Assembly (NCBI GenBank): GCA_963668625.2
Contig: CAXXKA010000008.1
Location: 1,088,001-1,152,000, forward strand
DNA from: an uncultured candidate division Zixibacteria bacterium
GTDB lineage: Bacteria > Zixibacteria > MSB-5A5 > UBA10806 > 4484-95
DNA: 64,000 nt
Direction: 5' to 3'
This document shows positions 18,537 through 27,807 of the stretch, piece by piece. Below the pieces are notes generated by a model. It made no database searches, was not told the DNA's origin, and saw only the letters and a list, made by a program, of their open reading frames with translations. Position 1 is the stretch's first letter; every line of letters starts with the position of its first letter. The position numbers and the translations under genes are program-made.

Positions 18537-20834
18537 CTACGCCTTTATTAATTTTTTGTAGCTGTCCTTGTTATTAGTGTATACCGCCTGGTGTATTTTA
18601 TCTTTCCATGCCTCCAGGGCGATACTTTCATTGGTATTGATCTGCCTCAGCGTTTTGCGAAGATCGCTTATTTCGTAAATTTCCAACTCTCTGAATTTTG
18701 CGAGGTACTTGTCGAGAAGAATCTTTTCATCATTACTAAACTCTATATCGGTATTCTCAACCGATGCTGGAGTAGGTTTGGCGGCGGAGGCTTTATCCGA
18801 CAGGCTAACAGTGAACCAGAAAGTGGTCCCCTCGTGAGGCCTGGATTCGATCCAAATTCGTCCGCCGTGCGATTCGATCGCCATTTTACAGAATGTGAGA
18901 CCCAGGCCGGTAGAGCGTACCTTACCGGCCTGTTTGGGAGCGACCTGTTGAAATTTCTCGAATACTTTCTTTAAATTATCCTCGTTTATACCCTCACCGT
19001 TGTCGCTTACCGAAACTTTCACCCGGTCACCCTCGACCGCAAGTGAGTCTAACACTATGCGGCCGTTCTGGGGTGTGTATTTAATCGAGTTGGTGAGAAG
19101 ATTTACGAATACCCTTTCGATTATATCGTTATCAACACTTACAGTTAAATTATTCGCGATATTGTTATCTATCGTTATACCTTTCTCGTGGCTAAGGAAA
19201 TTTATCTGCTTGATAGCGTTCACTCCGACTTGATACAAATTGATATCATTTATCTCGAGATTCATCTTGGAATCCTCGAATTTCTGGACATCCAGAATAT
19301 TAGTCACCATGTTCAGCATTTGAAGAGAAGCCTGGTAGATAATATTTTGTGAAATATTTTCACGTGCCTGGGAATAGTTGAGTATGGCGCCCAGTGGATT
19401 TTTCAAATCATGAACGATCATTCCGGTCATGGCCTCTTTGAACCTGTCGAGCTCGATAAGTTTATCGTTAGCCGATTTTAATTCGCCGGCCTGTTTTTCA
19501 ATCTTGGCTTTTTGCTTATTCAACACCCGGTTAGCTTTTTTCTTACCGTTATATGCCCTGATTACGAATACCGCGAACCCGATCATCAGCATTAAACCGA
19601 TTCCGATCGAGAACGTGAGGGTGCGCTGCTTGTTGATAGTTGCCTGCTGAACTTCTTTTTCTTTGCGAAGTAGCTCGTTTTCCTGTTCTTTTTTATCGGT
19701 GTCGTATTTGGTTTGCATGTCGGCTATCTTGTTGCTGCTTTTCTCGTTGAAAATCGAATCTTTCATGGCCGTGTATTGTTTATAATATTGCAGCGCGTTT
19801 TCAAAATCCATCTGGTCGGCGCGAAGTTTTGAGAGGCAATCGTAGTTTTCCATTAGCATATCTTTGGCGCCGATTTCCAACGAATAAATCAGGCTCTGGT
19901 TCAAGTATTTGGACGCTTCCTCGTAATTTTGAAGGCGGCGGAAAAGATCACCGATATTATTCGTGGTTATGGATAGGCCATAAGTATCCTTAAGCTCCAT
20001 CTCGATTTTAAATGATTCGAGGTAATGAGTAAGAGCCTGATCGTGATCTTTTAAATCATCATAGGCGTAGCCGATATTCAGTAGAGCGTCACCAATGCCG
20101 AATTTGTCATTGATTTTGCGATTCAACTCCAAGCATTCATGATAGAACATTAGCGCTTTATGATAGTCTTTCTCCTCGGAATATACGTTGCCTAAATTAT
20201 TGAGACACAAAGCCGCGCCGGAAGAGTCGTTTAAAATCTGGAACAGGTTCAGTGATTTTTTATAGTAATCCAGCGCTTTATCGTTTTTACCCAATATATT
20301 ATATATAGTGCCGATATTTACGAAAGAAGCCGCTATACCGCTGGTATCGTTGATTTCCTCATATATTTTCATTGATTGAAGATAATATTGGAGGCCTGTA
20401 TCATACTCATCCCGATCCAGGTAATTTACACCGATATTGTTCAAGACATTCGCCTCGCCCTCTTTGTTATCGATTGCCTGGTAGATTTGTAACGCTTCAT
20501 CGTAATAACGAAGGGATTCCTTGATTTTATACATATTGGAATATCCAACGCCGATATTTTTGCGAGCCGTCGCTTCACCCATCTTGTCATCGCAGCGAAG
20601 CGCCAACTCCAGCGCCTGATAGCCATATTCTATTGTTTGTTCGGTTGAAATGCTCCAGGAGGCCCGGGAAAGATCGTTGAGGATTTGTACTTTTTCGGTG
20701 CCATCTACGATAGGTAATAACCTTCGCAGGCTGTCTGCCACACTGTGGGCCGATATAGAACCCATCAGAAGAAATGTCATTACTATTACGGTTATAAGAT
20801 GTTTCATCAAAGAAGTATCCTGACTATTCAACAA
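18537..20834 (-). CDS. TPR-repeat sensor histidine kinase
   Basis: Signal peptide, many TPRs (NNIG.Y), TM, H-box IVHDLKNPL, NLLTNSIKY, DNGEGI, STGLGLTFCK; start may be 20807. Confidence 0.92.
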   Translation of the reverse strand: MLNSQDTSLMKHLITVIVMTFLLMGSISAHSVADSLRRLLPIVDGTEKVQILNDLSRASWSISTEQTIEYGYQALELALRCDDKMGEATARKNIGVGYSNMYKIKESLRYYDEALQIYQAIDNKEGEANVLNNIGVNYLDRDEYDTGLQYYLQSMKIYEEINDTSGIAASFVNIGTIYNILGKNDKALDYYKKSLNLFQILNDSSGAALCLNNLGNVYSEEKDYHKALMFYHECLELNRKINDKFGIGDALLNIGYAYDDLKDHDQALTHYLESFKIEMELKDTYGLSITTNNIGDLFRRLQNYEEASKYLNQSLIYSLEIGAKDMLMENYDCLSKLRADQMDFENALQYYKQYTAMKDSIFNEKSSNKIADMQTKYDTDKKEQENELLRKEKEVQQATINKQRTLTFSIGIGLMLMIGFAVFVIRAYNGKKKANRVLNKQKAKIEKQAGELKSANDKLIELDRFKEAMTGMIVHDLKNPLGAILNYSQARENISQNIIYQASLQMLNMVTNILDVQKFEDSKMNLEINDINLYQVGVNAIKQINFLSHEKGITIDNNIANNLTVSVDNDIIERVFVNLLTNSIKYTPQNGRIVLDSLAVEGDRVKVSVSDNGEGINEDNLKKVFEKFQQVAPKQAGKVRSTGLGLTFCKMAIESHGGRIWIESRPHEGTTFWFTVSLSDKASAAKPTPASVENTDIEFSNDEKILLDKYLAKFRELEIYEISDLRKTLRQINTNESIALEAWKDKIHQAVYTNNKDSYKKLIKA

Positions 20835-21154
20835 CGTGTGTTGACGTTTCCCCTCCGGTTATTTAATTGTTCAACTGGCAATACTATTATCAATCTATAT
20901 GCCGAAAAACACCGGAGCTGTTTCATATTCATACATTTAATGTAAAGTATTTAATGACAACATGATAGGCGTTGCTATAAACCGTTGTATCGGCCTATAA
21001 ATGGCTAATTTTCAGGCTAAAATATGGGGAATATCCAATACCCTTTGAGTTCATACGATAGTTTTGGATTATTATATCGTTATTTTGCGATTTTAGCATT
21101 ACGGATAATTATATAAGGTTTAGTTTACAAGCACATGCGTTGTCCAGATAAAGA

Positions 21155-21181
21155 TGTAACCTTATCTTGGCCATGACGTAA
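21155..21181 (+). promoter_or_regulatory. ECF-sigma-type promoter upstream of the aspartyl protease
   Basis: TGTAACC-N15-CGTAA. Confidence 0.6.
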
Positions 21182-21269
21182 TTATAATAAACATATCATT
21201 CGTATATTTGATAATCGAATTAATATCCCTGGAATTTATCCGAACAGAAATTTCATTAAAATCGTATAT

Positions 21270-22226
21270 ATGGAGGATTGGATGAATTTATTTTTGCGCT
21301 CGATATCGTTGACTATTATTGCCCTGATATCGATTACAACCTGCCAGAAATCCGATAACAGTGCCTTGATCCGAAAAGAAGGTATAGCGATACGTTTCTA
21401 TCTTGACCGTAACCGCGTAATTATTCCAGTCAGCGTTAACGGTTCGAAGGAATTAAATATAATCCTGGATACGGGAATGCGATTCGACGGCGTTTATCTT
21501 TTCCACGAGGAGTTAGTCGGCGAGATAGATACGGCAGGGGCAATTGAGGTGCGTGTACCCGGCGCGGGTGCGGGTGAGGCCTCAACCGCGACTATGATCG
21601 AAACCGGACATATCAAGTTCGGCGAGGTCGAGTTGGACAGTCAACGAGTGATTATCTCCAGGAGCCCGCATACCCAGACTTTCCCCACCGATGGCGTAAT
21701 CGGTTGGAATTTGTTCGGTCACTATACGGTGGAGATAAACTACGATCACGAATATATTATCCTTCATGATACGACCGGATACGAGGCCGATGCCTCCTGG
21801 CATGAGGTACCGGTTAATATGGTTGATGGCATGCCTTTTTTCGATTGCCGGGTAGAGGTGTTGGGTGGGGATGATGTGGCTTTGAACACGTATATCGATT
21901 TAGCCTCGGGGGACGCCCTGGAATTGTTGACGGGCGCCGATCAAAAATTCAAAATGCCTGATAATTTAATAGATGATTATCTTGGCACCGGTTTGAGCGG
22001 TGATATTCACGGCCAGCGAGGAAAAGCCAGTAAATTAACTTTCGGCGGATTTACCCTTCACGATATTACCACTCAATTCGCTCCCACCGATGTTCGTTCC
22101 AAACAGGACGGCAGTGAAGCTATACTAGGCAATGATGCGGTTCGGCGATTTAATATCGTGTTTGACTACGCACATTGTCGGCTGTTCATAAAACCCAGCA
22201 AATACTTTACGATATCTTTTGATTGA
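21270..22226 (+). CDS. exported two-lobed retropepsin-like aspartyl protease
   Basis: IILDTG...DGVIG first lobe; YIDLAS...AILGND second lobe; N-terminal signal or lipoprotein peptide. Confidence 0.8.
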   Translation: MEDWMNLFLRSISLTIIALISITTCQKSDNSALIRKEGIAIRFYLDRNRVIIPVSVNGSKELNIILDTGMRFDGVYLFHEELVGEIDTAGAIEVRVPGAGAGEASTATMIETGHIKFGEVELDSQRVIISRSPHTQTFPTDGVIGWNLFGHYTVEINYDHEYIILHDTTGYEADASWHEVPVNMVDGMPFFDCRVEVLGGDDVALNTYIDLASGDALELLTGADQKFKMPDNLIDDYLGTGLSGDIHGQRGKASKLTFGGFTLHDITTQFAPTDVRSKQDGSEAILGNDAVRRFNIVFDYAHCRLFIKPSKYFTISFD

Positions 22227-22235
22227 TGAGATATA

Positions 22236-23423
22236 TCAGGCGGTGACTAGCCTGTGAACGGTGATCTCCGACCGGGCGCCTATACGTATCTGCGGCCCCC
22301 AGAACCCAGTCCCTTTGCTGACATAGAGCGCCATCCCGTTATGCCTGTTGAATCCGGACATATAGGGTTGTGCCAGCGCCACCAGAAAATGATAAGGGAA
22401 ATACTGTCCGCCATGAGTATGGCCCGAGATCATGTAGTCGAAACCGGCCTTGTCCGCCTCGAATATGCTTTTGGGCTGATGCGCTAGCAATATCTTTGGC
22501 GAATTCTCCGGGGCGCCAGCCATGGCTTTTCGAGGGTCTGTGCCATGTCCCGGGTGTGAATGGCCGGCGGAGTAATCGGTCACTCCGGCAAGCGTAAGTT
22601 TATCATTGCCGATAGATATGATTTCATGTTCGTTGATAAGAGTCTTGAATCCCAGCCGCGATATCTCTTTTAGCCATTTATCTATTCCCGAATAATAATC
22701 ATGATTGCCAGTTACGAAATACAGTCCGTGTTTTGCCTGAAGATCGGCCAGCGGAGCGACATCATAGCCAAGTTGCCCGACCGAGCCATCTACCAGATCG
22801 CCGGTTAAGGCTACTATATCAGGATTTAAACCGTTAACCTGCTCTACTATATTTTCGACGAAAGGCCGTTTGATGTTATGGCTGACATGAATATCGGTAA
22901 TCTGCGCGATAGTCAGACCGTTTAGCGAATCGGGCAGGCCTTTAAGGGGGACATCCACAGTGACAATGTTGGGTTTGCGATAAGCGCCGTAAAGCCCGTA
23001 ACCGATCATAGCGCCGGTAACACCGACAATACCGAGGTTAACCGAGTTTACGAGTAAAGCGCGTCGGGAAGGATCTACCGCATCCGCGGCAAGGTTTTTC
23101 GATTCCGAACCGAAAACGCCGGTGAGTTTGATTATACCTATCGTGATCAGAAACACGATATCCTTAACCAGCATGAACGCGAACAGTATGGTGAAAAAGC
23201 CGAAACTGAGATAGCCGATTCGAGCGGCTGTACCGATCCATTCGCCCTCGATGCCGTTGAATCGCATTATATGAGGCAGGAAAGGTAGGATAAGGCTAAT
23301 TGCCAGTACCAGCCATAATACAATACTAATAGGCAGGCCGAATGCGGCGGGAATAATTATTCGCCAGCCGATATAGCCGTACATCAGAGAAAACACTATT
23401 ATTACAATCAGTAGAAACGACAT
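22236..23423 (-). CDS. membrane-anchored metallophosphoesterase (YkuE-like)
   Basis: TDIH, TGDLVD, GNHD, LAHQP, SGHTHGGQ motifs after N-terminal TMs. Confidence 0.92.
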   Translation of the reverse strand: MSFLLIVIIVFSLMYGYIGWRIIIPAAFGLPISIVLWLVLAISLILPFLPHIMRFNGIEGEWIGTAARIGYLSFGFFTILFAFMLVKDIVFLITIGIIKLTGVFGSESKNLAADAVDPSRRALLVNSVNLGIVGVTGAMIGYGLYGAYRKPNIVTVDVPLKGLPDSLNGLTIAQITDIHVSHNIKRPFVENIVEQVNGLNPDIVALTGDLVDGSVGQLGYDVAPLADLQAKHGLYFVTGNHDYYSGIDKWLKEISRLGFKTLINEHEIISIGNDKLTLAGVTDYSAGHSHPGHGTDPRKAMAGAPENSPKILLAHQPKSIFEADKAGFDYMISGHTHGGQYFPYHFLVALAQPYMSGFNRHNGMALYVSKGTGFWGPQIRIGARSEITVHRLVTA

Positions 23424-23509
23424 TTAAACCTTAGAGCCTTAAACCTGCGGGCCAGGTTTCTTGTTCCAGACATTAATTAAAAACAATTCGAGTGTATCAC
23501 TATTTTATT

Positions 23510-24829
23510 TTATTCAATATGTGTTTTTTGCTCTTCGAGCGCTTTATCAATTTCGGCAATTGCCCGGCGGTCTAAATCCAAGGCCTCCTTAAGAACCGCT
23601 ATTTCCCGTTTACGTAACGCAGTATTCCGGTCATTTATCCCTTTAGCGCCTTTCGAGACAAAGATCGGGTATGTTTCGCGCGCCTCGGCTAACAACCTGT
23701 ATTGATTATTATATATAACGGCTGCGTTTTTCAAATAGCCGGATATTTCGGTTGAAAAAAAATGTGCATGGCTATCGAGGAAAATACCGGCCTGTTTGCG
23801 CGAGTCTACCAGGGAGAGGAAACACCAGTTACTAACTCTATAAAGTAACTCACGTTGTCCATCGGTGAAACTATCTGCCCGGATTAGATCATCCATCCAG
23901 GTTTTAAAAGCTAAATCGCCGAATAGGTAGCTATGCTCTCGTTTCTCAGGATAATCAGGTGGAGTCCACGAACGCTGCCGCCAGCCATATAGCGACAGAG
24001 CGTTGATCACGCTGTCGGCAGTATCAATATCGCTATTATGTGAAACAGGAATTATTATCATTCTCTCGATTTGACTTTTAGGCAGCCTTAACGCTTTTGG
24101 GGAATTATACGAATTCCACAGGAAATAGATACCATCCTTAGCTATTTCATATCCCTGAAGAACAGCTACATCGAGATCATTAGCATGGCCGATGACGGGT
24201 ATACCTATATCAATCGAGTGAATGATTTTGTCGTACAGGCGGCTCAACTCCTGATCGCTTAAAGTCGGCTTATCGTAAATATCGAAAAGCCAACCGGTGT
24301 TAGCTTGGGTAGCCTTCATCTCCTCGGGAAATTCGCCGGTGGGGCTTGAAAAACACCACTCGGGTATATCCGTGCGACGGTACCATCTCAGGCGAAACGC
24401 CAGGCCCGAGAATCCCATGATATCGGCGTAGGTAAGGGGATATTCGGTCACTGATAAGGCTGAGGACAGCGCTCCGGCATAGGTGGTGGCGCCCGAATGC
24501 TCCCACGAGAGTTTGGGGAGATTCTCGATAAACACTCGCCGGCTATTATAGTTCGATATGGAATTATCCGTATCGTCGATTAAGCTACGTACGTGTTTAA
24601 TCATGGCATCCCAGCTTTTAAAGCCGTAATCGATCGCCAGTGCGAACTGTACCTCATTTAAAGCCGTATTTTCCGCCAGTATTTTTTCATCGCTGAGTGA
24701 CTTATAACGGTTGAGTTTTTTTAAAACATCGCAAACCGATTTGTCGCCCGCACTTTGACGTTTTAGGATATCTTTAGCCTGATTCTTTAAATGAGCGATG
24801 TTGGGTTTTGGGGGCAATGAACGTGACAT
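23510..24829 (-). CDS. hypothetical protein with conserved LPxxPNxxHLKxQAK...YGFxSW N-terminal module and BtrH/C39-like C-terminal region
   Basis: AAGGAG RBS and ATG 24829; SLPPKPNIAHLKNQAKDIL...VQFALAIDYGFKSW; DIMGFSGLAFRL, SIDIGIPVI. Confidence 0.65.
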   Translation of the reverse strand: MSRSLPPKPNIAHLKNQAKDILKRQSAGDKSVCDVLKKLNRYKSLSDEKILAENTALNEVQFALAIDYGFKSWDAMIKHVRSLIDDTDNSISNYNSRRVFIENLPKLSWEHSGATTYAGALSSALSVTEYPLTYADIMGFSGLAFRLRWYRRTDIPEWCFSSPTGEFPEEMKATQANTGWLFDIYDKPTLSDQELSRLYDKIIHSIDIGIPVIGHANDLDVAVLQGYEIAKDGIYFLWNSYNSPKALRLPKSQIERMIIIPVSHNSDIDTADSVINALSLYGWRQRSWTPPDYPEKREHSYLFGDLAFKTWMDDLIRADSFTDGQRELLYRVSNWCFLSLVDSRKQAGIFLDSHAHFFSTEISGYLKNAAVIYNNQYRLLAEARETYPIFVSKGAKGINDRNTALRKREIAVLKEALDLDRRAIAEIDKALEEQKTHIE

Positions 24830-24987
24830 AACAACTCCTTTCGACACTTGCCGGGGTCTGTAATATCTGGCAGAAAGTAAGTTGTAATATATAACCTATA
24901 CAGGTGAACTTCGTTCTTCCCACAGACCGAGGAGGCGGCCATCTCCGCCCGTATGGTTAAATATACTTATCAGCGTTAATGAGTCAA
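24830..24987 (-). promoter_or_regulatory. promoter and ~125-nt structured 5' leader
   Basis: TTGACT-N16-TATATT (24987-24960); hairpins GGCGG/CCGCC and GAAC/GTTC; long-range GGTCTGT/ACAGACC helix ending near the RBS. Confidence 0.5.
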
Positions 24988-25018
24988 TATTTATTTATAC
25001 TGTGCCTTAAACAGCAAA

Positions 25019-25042
25019 CCGTTGGGAAAGGATTCCCAACGG
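25019..25042 (-). terminator. hairpin downstream of the DUF5916-like gene
   Basis: CCGTTGGGAA-N4-TTCCCAACGG, a perfect 10-bp stem. Confidence 0.65.
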
Positions 25043-25078
25043 CTCTATGTATTTATCGGTTAGTACTATATAATACTA

Positions 25079-27517
25079 TTACATGTTCCACCAATAGCTG
25101 GCTTTAATGAGAAATACGTTCTCGGCATCCCCGGAAAACAGATTCTCCAGGTCGCGGGAGAATTCCAGGTTATTCAGGGCGCTGTTGGATTCGGACATCG
25201 CTCTTGTCCATACCAGATACAACGTTGATCCCGGCCGGTATTCCCATCTGAGAATGAATGTAGAGTTGAGTGCCGAGTAGTTAAAATCTTCCTCATCCTC
25301 CAGCGGATATGATGCGTAGTTTTCACTACCGAGGTAACGCCTGTAATCGCGGTAGTCTATACCTGAGATATACCCCTGTCCGGAAAGTTGCATGGATAGA
25401 TCGCGAGTTAAAACAACGCTGGCGGTCAAACGCAATACGACCTCATCCTGATACATATCGGCGAATATCGAGGTGTCGGCCTCATTGGCCACCCACATTA
25501 TTTGATGGAAAGAGCGTATGTAATTAGTACCGGCATCGAAAGTGATATTGCCCGCCGGCCTGTAAGTAACGCCGGTCCAGTTGGCCCACCAGTGACCGTA
25601 TCTAGCCTCGCCGCTGCCGGGATTGATATTGAACGACCATGTTTTACGCGGATCGGTACTCAGCGAGGACCACCAGCTCCACGAGTCGGTTCTTTTCCAT
25701 GGTCCATTGCCGCGAGTCTCTTTATCATCATACTCCGCCAGTTCAAGCTCGGCGCCACCGCTGAAAGTCCAGTTATTTTGAAGATCCCAGGTGAAATTAA
25801 AATTACCGCATTTGCTGATATTGTATCCGGCATAATTCCAGTAACCGTAAAGGTTGATATTATTCCAGGAATTACGGACAATCCACCAATCATCGGTGGT
25901 GCGGTATTGTAGCCAAAGCACACCACCGCGCCTGTCATTTCTGGAGGTGTACCCTAGCCGGTTTATCTCGAGATTAGGATCTTTCACACTGAATCCGATA
26001 GAGCCCCGGAAATGATCACCAGCGGTTTTCTCCAGATCGGTAACCATGCCGAATCCTTCTTTTTTACCATGGACACTGCTAAATATGGTTTGACCGTAAA
26101 GCGACCAGGTTCCGCTGGGGGTGAATAACCTCCAATCTGCGCCGCCTGTTGTTACCGGATGCCTGTTATCCTGGGTGGCAAGCGTTAACATACCGCCGAT
26201 GTTGGAGTTCGAGAAAATATCCTGTTGCAAGCGCAGCACCGAGCAATTTGCCATAGGCTCGACAATGCCATCCAACTCATTACCGGAAGTATCCGTATAT
26301 TCGGCTTTCTCCTCCTGAGTCATGGCGTTCAAGAAAGCTATGGAAGTACCCGTGTTGAGTTTTCCCGTTATTTTGGCCGCGCCCAGTATGGTCACTGCGT
26401 TCGGATAATTCGTATAATAATCGAAATTCGGGTCGTATGAATCGTCATCCTCATCTTCTATATCGCCCAAAGGCGCTCGACCGATACGTCTGGAATAGAA
26501 CAGCGTGAACGGGGTATCGAACAGGTTAGCCCCCTCCAGGAAGAACGGACGTTTCTCGTCATAGTATGTTTCATAAGCGGTCAAATTCAGCACCGGTTCA
26601 TCCAGTTCAACCTGCCCGAAATCGGGATTGATAGCGGCATCCAGAATAAGGTTGGACGACAGACCATATTTCAAATCGAATCCCGTATTGCTCATATAAT
26701 CCCTGCCATCAGGATTACCCTCATTCTTTTTTTCAGTCTCGATTCCACCGACGGCATAGGGTAATATCTCCAGGTGGCGTGATGGTTTTATTCCTTTCAA
26801 ACCTGTCAGATGTCCAAAACGAGAGACAAAGCCCTGTTTTGAGGAGGGGGAATGAGCCCACCAGGGAGATTCATTTCGGCGACTTATATAGCGGGTGACG
26901 TTCATGCCCCAGGTGTGTTCATCCTGCTCGGCAAAACGCAGGCAGTGGAACGGTATCATTATCTCGGCGCTCCATCCCCAGGGTTGGGCTTTTACTCCGG
27001 ACATCCATACGCCATCCCAGGAGTAATCTGTCCAGGTATCGTTATATAAACGGCAATCTCGTTGAACGCCGGCGGCGCTTAAATCGAATCGATAACCTGT
27101 TTGATGATCGTGGTATGGATCGAGCCTGACAGTGACGACATCAGACTCACCCCAGCGGTCGCGTCGCACTAACTGACGATGAATTTGCTCGGGATCATCA
27201 TCATAGCACCAGAAAGCGAAATACATAGCGTGATCATCATAAACAACCGCTACCAGCGTTGATTCGGTGGCCGGCTTGCCATCCTCCGGCTCACGTTGAA
27301 TGAAGTTACGAGCGATATCAAGAGTTTTATTTTTCCAAATCTCATCATCAAGGTTGCCATCAATAACAGGAGCCTTACCGTTAACTCGCGTTGCCCGGAG
27401 TTCAGGAACAGAGGGGGCAATAGTTTCATCATCCTGGGCTATGGCAGTTGAGTAAATAACAGAGAAAAAACAGAATAAAAAAATACAACGATACAAATAA
27501 TAATGAGCATGATTCAT
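25079..27517 (-). CDS. CBM9-like / DUF5916 outer-membrane protein
   Basis: PVIDGNLDDEIW, FIQREP, WSAEIMIPF..LRF, INPDFGQVELD, EKRPFFLEG, FYSRRIG, WEYRPGS, C-terminal KASYWW; ATG 27517 with GGAGAG. Confidence 0.85.
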   Translation of the reverse strand: MNHAHYYLYRCIFLFCFFSVIYSTAIAQDDETIAPSVPELRATRVNGKAPVIDGNLDDEIWKNKTLDIARNFIQREPEDGKPATESTLVAVVYDDHAMYFAFWCYDDDPEQIHRQLVRRDRWGESDVVTVRLDPYHDHQTGYRFDLSAAGVQRDCRLYNDTWTDYSWDGVWMSGVKAQPWGWSAEIMIPFHCLRFAEQDEHTWGMNVTRYISRRNESPWWAHSPSSKQGFVSRFGHLTGLKGIKPSRHLEILPYAVGGIETEKKNEGNPDGRDYMSNTGFDLKYGLSSNLILDAAINPDFGQVELDEPVLNLTAYETYYDEKRPFFLEGANLFDTPFTLFYSRRIGRAPLGDIEDEDDDSYDPNFDYYTNYPNAVTILGAAKITGKLNTGTSIAFLNAMTQEEKAEYTDTSGNELDGIVEPMANCSVLRLQQDIFSNSNIGGMLTLATQDNRHPVTTGGADWRLFTPSGTWSLYGQTIFSSVHGKKEGFGMVTDLEKTAGDHFRGSIGFSVKDPNLEINRLGYTSRNDRRGGVLWLQYRTTDDWWIVRNSWNNINLYGYWNYAGYNISKCGNFNFTWDLQNNWTFSGGAELELAEYDDKETRGNGPWKRTDSWSWWSSLSTDPRKTWSFNINPGSGEARYGHWWANWTGVTYRPAGNITFDAGTNYIRSFHQIMWVANEADTSIFADMYQDEVVLRLTASVVLTRDLSMQLSGQGYISGIDYRDYRRYLGSENYASYPLEDEEDFNYSALNSTFILRWEYRPGSTLYLVWTRAMSESNSALNNLEFSRDLENLFSGDAENVFLIKASYWWNM

Positions 27518-27565
27518 GTTACTCTCTCCATTACAACTGGTTTGCAATACTTCTTACCATCTGAA

Positions 27566-27592
27566 TTACGAAGCAATTCGTGGAAGGTTACA
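27566..27592 (-). promoter_or_regulatory. ECF-sigma-type promoter upstream of the DUF5916-like gene
   Basis: TGTAACC-N15-CGTAA, both boxes identical to the 21155 site. Confidence 0.6.
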
Positions 27593-27807
27593 TTTTTTTT
27601 CATGATTGTGTGAATGGCACTTAGAAAAAAGCTAATTATGAGTCCTATATTATATTAAATGGTTACTATGTTCTTATTTGGTACAACTATTATATTATTG
27701 TCGATTTTTATTATGCTTTTAGTAGTTTTGTTTCAAGGTATTGCCCAATATATCGATACTAGATATAGCAATTATCAATAGGAAATATCATTTAAAACCT
27801 GATACTT

